Below, piece by piece: positions 49,080 through 64,000 of a DNA stretch of 64,000 nucleotides. This stretch comes from Eledone cirrhosa. Its lineage: Eukaryota. The first letter of the stretch is position 1. Each line of letters begins with the position of its first letter. The notes beneath the pieces were generated by a model. The model saw only the letters and a program-made list of their open reading frames with translations. It had not been told where the DNA came from and ran no database searches. The stretch lies in the NCBI GenBank assembly GCA_964016885.1, contig OZ024765.1:18786001-18850000 (forward strand), in the 5' to 3' direction. The position numbers were made by a program, and so were the translations under genes.

Positions 49080-50010
49080 GAATAACAACTTTAGAGCGGA
49101 TAATTCTATGAGGGGATATGATAGAAATATATATAATATCTAAATATTAGTACTCTATACAATATATAAAGTAAAAACTTGAATATAGGAAAATGTTGAC
49201 CCTAAATATTGAGTACTCTGGTGCGTTATGGTCCATCTGGTTCCTTACCAGACTTCCTTCGTTATATATATTAGTACATTATTCCAAAGTAAACACCATA
49301 AAAATTACAAATTTGGCACAGATAAAGCTAAGGGGGAGAAATGATAAAATATATAGAAGACATATATATATTAGTACACTATTCCAGGTAAATTTAAAGA
49401 CCTGAACAAATATATATTAGTTCACTATACCAATGTAAACACCATATGAATTACAACTTTGAAAAACGTAAAGCTAAGGGAAGACATGATAGAAATATGT
49501 GAATTAAAATATATCTAAACTAGTCAATATAAATTTAAAGACCTGAACAAATATATATTAGTACACTATACCAATGTAAACACCATATGAATTACAACTT
49601 TGAAAAACGTAAAGCTAAGGGAAGACATGATAGAAATATGTGAATTAAAATATATCTAAACTAGTCAATATAAATTTAAAGACCTGAACAAATATATCTT
49701 AGTACACTATACCAATGTAAACACCATATGAATTAAAACTTTGGAAATCGTAAAGCTCAGGGAAGACATGATAGAAATATGTGAAATATTAAAATATTTG
49801 TAAACTAGTCAATATAGATTTAAAGAACTGAAAATATAAAGTTTAATACTCTATTTATTACACGTTTAGAGGGGAGAAATCACACGCGTGATATGATAGA
49901 CATTTAATTTTATGAAGGGACTTCAAAACACAGTATTTGAGAAGAATTCCTACTAAATATGAACGAGTAAGAAGCGTTGTGGTTAATTTGAACTTGGAAT
50001 GACACTATTA
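49080..50010 (+). repeat. 141-bp tandem repeat derived from a CR1-like LINE 3' coding end
   Basis: Units at about 49389, 49530 and 49671 plus diverged ones; translate ITTLKNVKLREDMIEI, resembling CR1 LxTLExRRLRGDMIE. Confidence 0.6.
49200..49266 (+). mobile_element. Tail-only fragment of the hairpin-ended element (copy E)
   Basis: CCCTAAATATTGAGTACTCTGGTGCGTTATGGTCCATCTGGTTCCTTACCA, reverse complement of the tails of A, C and D. Confidence 0.75.
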
Positions 50011-50249
50011 AAAGAGAAACATGAATCTCGCCACCCTTCTAGTTTAAACTGGCTTAAAGGTACGGCAGACCTGTTAACCCCTCTAAACACTAATGGTAAC
50101 ACAGTGGTCTGGATAATCAAAGTTGTGGGTTCGATTCCCGTATACATCAATGCTCATCTTTTTCCATTTCTTTGGGGGTTCTAAACCCCACTATCAGGCT
50201 AAAATGACTTTAGTCACAGACACACACATGTATATACGTGAGCGTGTGT

Positions 50250-58130
<7,881 letters not shown>

Positions 58131-58136
58131 TCCCAA

Positions 58137-58211
58137 CGATCGACTTTCGTCAAATCGGACCGAGGAAACGGTGTTTCCATTGGTCTTTCCAATTGCTAAT
58201 ACTATCTATCT
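58137..58211 (-). mobile_element. 3' tail of SINE family B
   Basis: Reverse complement of about 33698-33771. Confidence 0.75.
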
Positions 58212-58329
58212 ATGATATATATTACGACTGTGTGTAGTTCCCTTTATTTACTGAATATTTCCGATGTGTGTTTGTCGTAAATTTGTTTATCTCATGTTTA
58301 TAACGTAAATAATATCAATCAGGATAATG

Positions 58330-58510
58330 TCATGAGATATACTTACAAAGTCAGAAAACAGTGCAGCTCCCATGACTTTCGGAAACATGTTTTTTATGGT
58401 CAGAGTTACTGAACCATGGAACAACTACCTGCATCAGTTGTTAGCTGTCGGGACACTGCATCCTTCAAAACTTCCATGCTTCCCGAAATTCGCCAGCACT
58501 GTACCTGATA
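58330..58510 (+). mobile_element. CR1/L2-type LINE 3' fragment
   Basis: YKVRKQ..HDFRKH.F.VRVTEPWN-LPASVV...ASFK. Confidence 0.7.
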
Positions 58511-59137
58511 TCCCCACTCTATACAAACGCACCCATGTGTGTGTGTGTGTTAATCATGACTCATATACTGTTTACTTTCCTGGCATTTGCATATTATTTT
58601 ATGTACTATAACTGCAGCTTTGATGAGTGGTAGTGCACCTGAACACTGTACGCAATACTTATCATTATTATTATAAATTCTACATGAACGTAATGTCAGT
58701 TCTACAACTATAAATTGCGAGAGAGAAAAGCCATCAATAAAATGGTAATGTATATTAAATAAATATTTAAAATAATAGACTTGGAAATATGTTAATAGAA
58801 TATTCCAGAAAATATCTAAGAGAGGGGTGGCAATTATTTTGCTTATAAGAAATAATGTTTTAAAGACAAGAGAAAATTTCATCTCCAAAATCGTAATATA
58901 CATCATTGAAAATATATCTCTACAGAGTATGTATTATTAAAATAAAGTTGATTAAATAAATCGGAGATGACTAAACTCTATTTATGTTGTTTTATTTATA
59001 TCGTGAAAATGTTGATCGTTAGGCATTAAATTGTGGCAGTGATTGTCTTGGCCTTCCAGTGTTTGTTTCAAATCATATTTTACTGTTTGTCTTGTAAATT
59101 TAACAGAGGATACATATTTTATGTTTCTTATGAGAAA

Positions 59138-59255
59138 TAATTGTTTCTACTCTTGGCACAAGGCCAGCAATTATCCCAGTGTATTACTGGTACATTATTT
59201 TATTGATCCCGTAAGGATGAAAGGCAAAGTTAACCTCGGCGTGATTTGAACTCAG
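59138..59255 (-). mobile_element. SINE family A, 5'-truncated
   Basis: Family core on the minus strand. Confidence 0.8.
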
Positions 59256-60060
59256 ACGGCTGCTTATAAGAAATATCGTTTCTATTTTTAAAATAATTTT
59301 TTCTAAAAATAATTGTTAATGCTCTAAAAACAACAAAATCGTAATGCACACCATCAACATATATCTCTACAGAATATAGATTATTAACATAAAGTTATAA
59401 TTAAATAAATCGAAGATCACTAAACTCTATTTAGGTAGTTTTATTTATATAGTGAAAATGTTGATCTTCAGACATTAAATTGTGGCTGTGATTGTTTTTG
59501 CTTTGGTGTGTTTGATTGAAATCTTATATTCATGCTTTTGTTTAAACATTGTTGATATTTTAAAACTAATTTTAGGTTACTTGTACCTCGTCTGTGTGGT
59601 TTCTTTCGATACAGTCTTCCTTTCTTGTTTATTTCTGCCGCTAGCCCTATCGAAGATTGGTTAAATTTGATCTAGTGGAACATCAGACATTAAAATGAAC
59701 TGTTGCGTAAAGTACACACCTTATGTTTACTCCAGGTATTTGGATAGATGTCCAGGTATCCAGGGTTTGCAAAATAATACAATCAGGAAAATCCATCACC
59801 CAGTAAATCTTGGTAATAATCCAATTTCGTTGCAATCGCCATTTCCAGTTGAAATTGGTAAAGAAAAACACAAGAGCTATTCAGCAGTAAATGCAGTGAA
59901 CACATTAAAAATATAATAATGTTTTTCTTTTATTGATTTCTTTTTTTTTGTTTTCTTTATAGCAAACAATTTAATTAAATAATTAAATAAAGTATTTTCC
60001 TTTACGAAAGCGTGTGTGTATGTATATATGTGTGTGTGTACAAGTATGTATGCGTGTAAC

Positions 60061-60126
<66 letters not shown>

Positions 60127-60877
60127 TTGTTGGTATATATATATATATCAAAAGGTTTACGACGACAAGAAGCCAATCGATTAAATTCACCCCAGTACGT
60201 GACTGGTAAAATATTTTATCTTCTCCATAGAATAGAAAATTAAACTCGTCACGATTTGCATTGTAAACACAAACATTTGGAGTAATAACATATAACAAAT
60301 TAGTTACAGTTGTGTTGGTGGCTTAGTTGTTAGTGTGTCATGTAGGTATTGGGGTTATGAAGTAGAAGCTGACATCAGGAGTTCAATCTTCAGGTGATTT
60401 TAAGTTTTAGATTTTAATTTTTCTGGGGCTTTCATAAGATATAGCTTGATATTGTTTTTCATCTCTCTAGGGTTGATTTCATCCTACAATCCGATGATCG
60501 CCAGCGATGTTCTTTAAATGTCATACCTGACAATTAAAGGCATAGATGTGTCTGTTTGTTAGATTATATCTCACAGATATTTCCTCAGCGATCATGACTC
60601 TCCAGTTCTGTCATCCCTCAATCCTTCGTGTGTTTGTGAGAGAGAGATTTGAAAGTAAATCGGCGCTATACACATCTGTTTGTCTTTGTTTATACTACAA
60701 TCCTAACTAAACTTTAAAGCAACGACGACATAACAGTCTGATTAAAAATAACTCACTACAATAACTTACTATCTTGATAAAGATTAAATCCTGTATCTTT
60801 ATCTGACGGCTAACTCGATGAATATTGACCAGAAGACCAGTGTGTATACTCTTTTGATACGACTCTAGCTAACGCAG

Positions 60878-60958
60878 TATATAAATAATGGTGATGTTCA
60901 CCGTTGTCAGTTAAGCACACTGCCAGTTAATTACCTGCAGCGGTGAAAGAAGGTCGTG
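60878..60958 (+). promoter_or_regulatory. Candidate Pol II core promoter and first exon (unit 2)
   Basis: TATATAAATA 60878, Inr TCAGTT 60907-60912, AG|GTCGTG at 60952. Confidence 0.55.
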
Positions 60959-62552
60959 TTATTTCTACCTCTCACATACAACAAACATTGTTTAATCCAT
61001 TATATAACAATATAGAAGAGAAAGAATTAATGTGAGAATGTCAAACTTTGAAACGAAACATTTATTACAGTAGAACAACATTTTGAAATAACGATATTCT
61101 GTGACACTAAACATGGAATGGACGAAGCAACAATTCGAACCATTGTAAGACAAATTGATTATTATAAGAAGGACAATTGACTACATCTTCAACGGCAATA
61201 GAATCTACTGAAAATCGAAATGGAATCCTTACAGAGACACTTTACAATCATTTTCTGGAAATAAGTCTAAACTAATTTTGAAAACGAATGTTTCGGGGTA
61301 GAGTTAGTATGCAACTATATTTATTCATACTTTAATTGTTATATTCGCACACTGAATATATAAAAGGAAAGCAGGTTTTGACATCGAATTTTGCAGTAAG
61401 TAAGCGCCTCAAAGGCCCCTCCCCATCAATTGGTAATAAGTATAAGTTTGGATTTAAAGATGACGCATTATGTTCAAGAAAACAGCAAGACAAATATTAC
61501 TATGTTATTCCAGATAAATGTCAAGACTTGAAAATACCAACATTAGTTCACTATTCCGAGGACAAACACTGAGAATTACAACTTTGGAGGAGATAAATCA
61601 AACGAGTGACATGTGAGAAATATGACAAAAATATACTGAAAAATTAATATATATAAACCTACTTTCTATTCTCGAAGCTTAATTGACGTGGTGGCGTGCA
61701 TGGCTTTCTCAGTCTTATTAATACCACAAACGAGTCGACATGGTTTTTACCTTTCTGGAGTTTACAGAAAATATATCCTGACTTTTATTCTTATCTCTTT
61801 AGGTTTATTTCATCCAACGACCAGCTGATATCCAGTGATGTCCTTCAACTGCCATACCTTAGTGAGTAGATGGCGGCCTGGAAATAATGTTTCTAAACAG
61901 GCACTCTTTAAACTTGTGTTGTGTATGCAATAATCGTATTAGCAAACGATGCTGAGATCAGGTTCAAGAACTCAACGTCAAATGTATCGTTCTAAACGCG
62001 ATACGGTAATATATGTTCTTTTTATCAGCTTCGTCTTTTATTTATAAACGTTTATGTACGTACGTGTATAAATGTGTACCTGTGTAATCTTGTGTGTACA
62101 TAAGTATTTATAATAATGTTGTCCCACTCACTTTATAATTACAACTACTACTATTAATAATTTTAACACTATTATCATTATTATATTCACACGTCTCTTA
62201 TCCTTAACACTTACTATGGCTTTCTCTCTTACATGTGAGATACACGGTTTGTTTACTAATCAACATTTACTCGAAGATGTAGTGATGTGTGACGGAAAAT
62301 CGGGGGGAATCCTTAGTGTAACTTGAGGGCAACGTGCACCTGTGCACCCGTATATATGTTTATGCCGGGATCCATCTGCTGTAACCACAGTGAGTAAGGT
62401 ACTCACTACATAGTAGAGTATAAATACTTAATAAATAATATTTAATATAGAAATGGCTTCTGAAGGAATAGAACTGTTTCATTAGGAAAAAAATCAACTG
62501 GAAAGCCCTTGATTTCTTCCGAATGAAACAGTTCTAGTCCTGCAAAAGCCCC

Positions 62553-62799
<247 letters not shown>

Positions 62800-63482
62800 T
62801 GTGTGCATGTATATATATAAATAAATAAATGTTTGTGTGCTCATAAGCCCAAGTGTCTATGATGATAAGGTCCCCCTATCTTTGTATATATATGTCGATG
62901 TCTATTTCCACATGGCATCTCTGGTCCTCGATGTTCTCACCGCCTGCTTTACGTAGCATCTTAACTATCTAATATTTATTCAGAGAGGTTCTCCCTTCAT
63001 ATCACAAATATTCCTTCTGGCTCACTGAAAACTTGTCTTGCATCATAGAGTAAGAGAGATCTAAATAAAGAATCTGTCTGATGTTACTATATATGTATGT
63101 AGGGACCTTGTAAGGGAGTGCTAGAGGCCCCACATTGACAGTCGGGGTGTCTAGGGTATTTTGTAAAAAGTTGACAGATCCCATCTCCACCCAGATCTGG
63201 TAACAGATGTCTTACAGAGATTTAGAGAGAGTGAAAGAAAGGAATTGAGAAAGAGATATAGAACGAGAAACGACCCTAGTATTACACTGGTATTTCTTTC
63301 TAACTAACATTTCTTTCTAGTAACAACACTAAAAAACCCATGATCGCCACCACGTCCTAAATCTAACTCTGCGATCGTCATATCAAATCGAAATACTTCA
63401 CAAACTCTGGAAGATGAAGGATTTAAGAACTATGATATATAGCTAAGAGGCTTGTCTCCAGAACATTTAGTAAGGTGTAAGC

Positions 63483-63800
63483 CAAGGGTTGCCAAATATT
63501 TTGGCGTCATTACCCACATTCACATGAAAAAATGTTCCACCAGCCACCTGTATAGTAAATATTCCAAAGTATACCAAATATGTTTCGTAAATGTTTGTTC
63601 CTGGTTCAATTTTCCCAATTAGCTTCCTGATTTTTATTCAGGTTCTTTGCATATATTTCTTGAATAGGTTTTCGGGTAGCATACCTTCTTAAATCTCAAA
63701 ATTCTATATCGGCCACCAAAGTTTCCAATGGCCCTCAATTTTCTGTTCAGCTGCTCATCACCCACCCAACAGCTGAAATCGCCCAGTTGAGAATCCCCTG
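63483..63800. mobile_element. Possible hAT-type MITE
   Basis: Ends CAAGGGTTGCCAA / TTGAGAATCCCCTG; imperfect 8-bp TSD GTGTAAGC / GGGTAAGC. Confidence 0.4.
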
Positions 63801-64000
63801 GGGGTAAGCTACCTCGAATGATGCTATATATTAATCCAGGGGAGGAGGTGAGTATTATAATTTTTTATAAGTAATAATCTTTTAAAGACAAGAGGAAATT
63901 TCATCATTAAAATCATAAATATATGTCTACAGAATACAGATTATCAAAATGAAATTAAAAGCAAGTAAATCAGGGGCCACTAAGCTTTACATATTTAGTT

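Noticed and set aside
62840-63210. Minus-strand 62-aa ORF / possible LINE remnant
   Set aside because: No recognisable motif or splice context.

Overview
Eukaryotic, very AT-rich, repeat-dominated DNA. The SINE types and huge (TA)n/(TACA)n tracts suggest an octopod cephalopod (inference). Nearly all ORFs in the supplied track are microsatellite artefacts. Supported content: (1) bases 1-9078 recur about 16.4 kb downstream with few differences, and copy 1 ends at a 200-N gap, so this is probably a haplotype/assembly duplication. (2) A phase-consistent 3-exon minus-strand gene model (18179-18155, 17068-16889, 13657-13446; 138 aa, hydrophobic hairpin, family not recognised); its second intron holds 256-bp tandem units made of a diverged exon-2 copy plus a SINE fragment. 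(3) Mobile-element remnants: two tRNA-SINE families, a Helitron, R4/Dong-type, RTE and CR1 LINE fragments, and Penelope-like (PLE) fragments. (4) Several minimal hammerhead-ribozyme motifs, two with intact cores. (5) A small TA-inserted element whose terminal hairpin occurs in flip and flop loop orientations with mirrored arm substitutions. (6) Two diverged paralogous TATA+Inr promoter modules, suggesting a plus-strand tandem gene array running off the right edge. All calls were made by eye, with no database searches.
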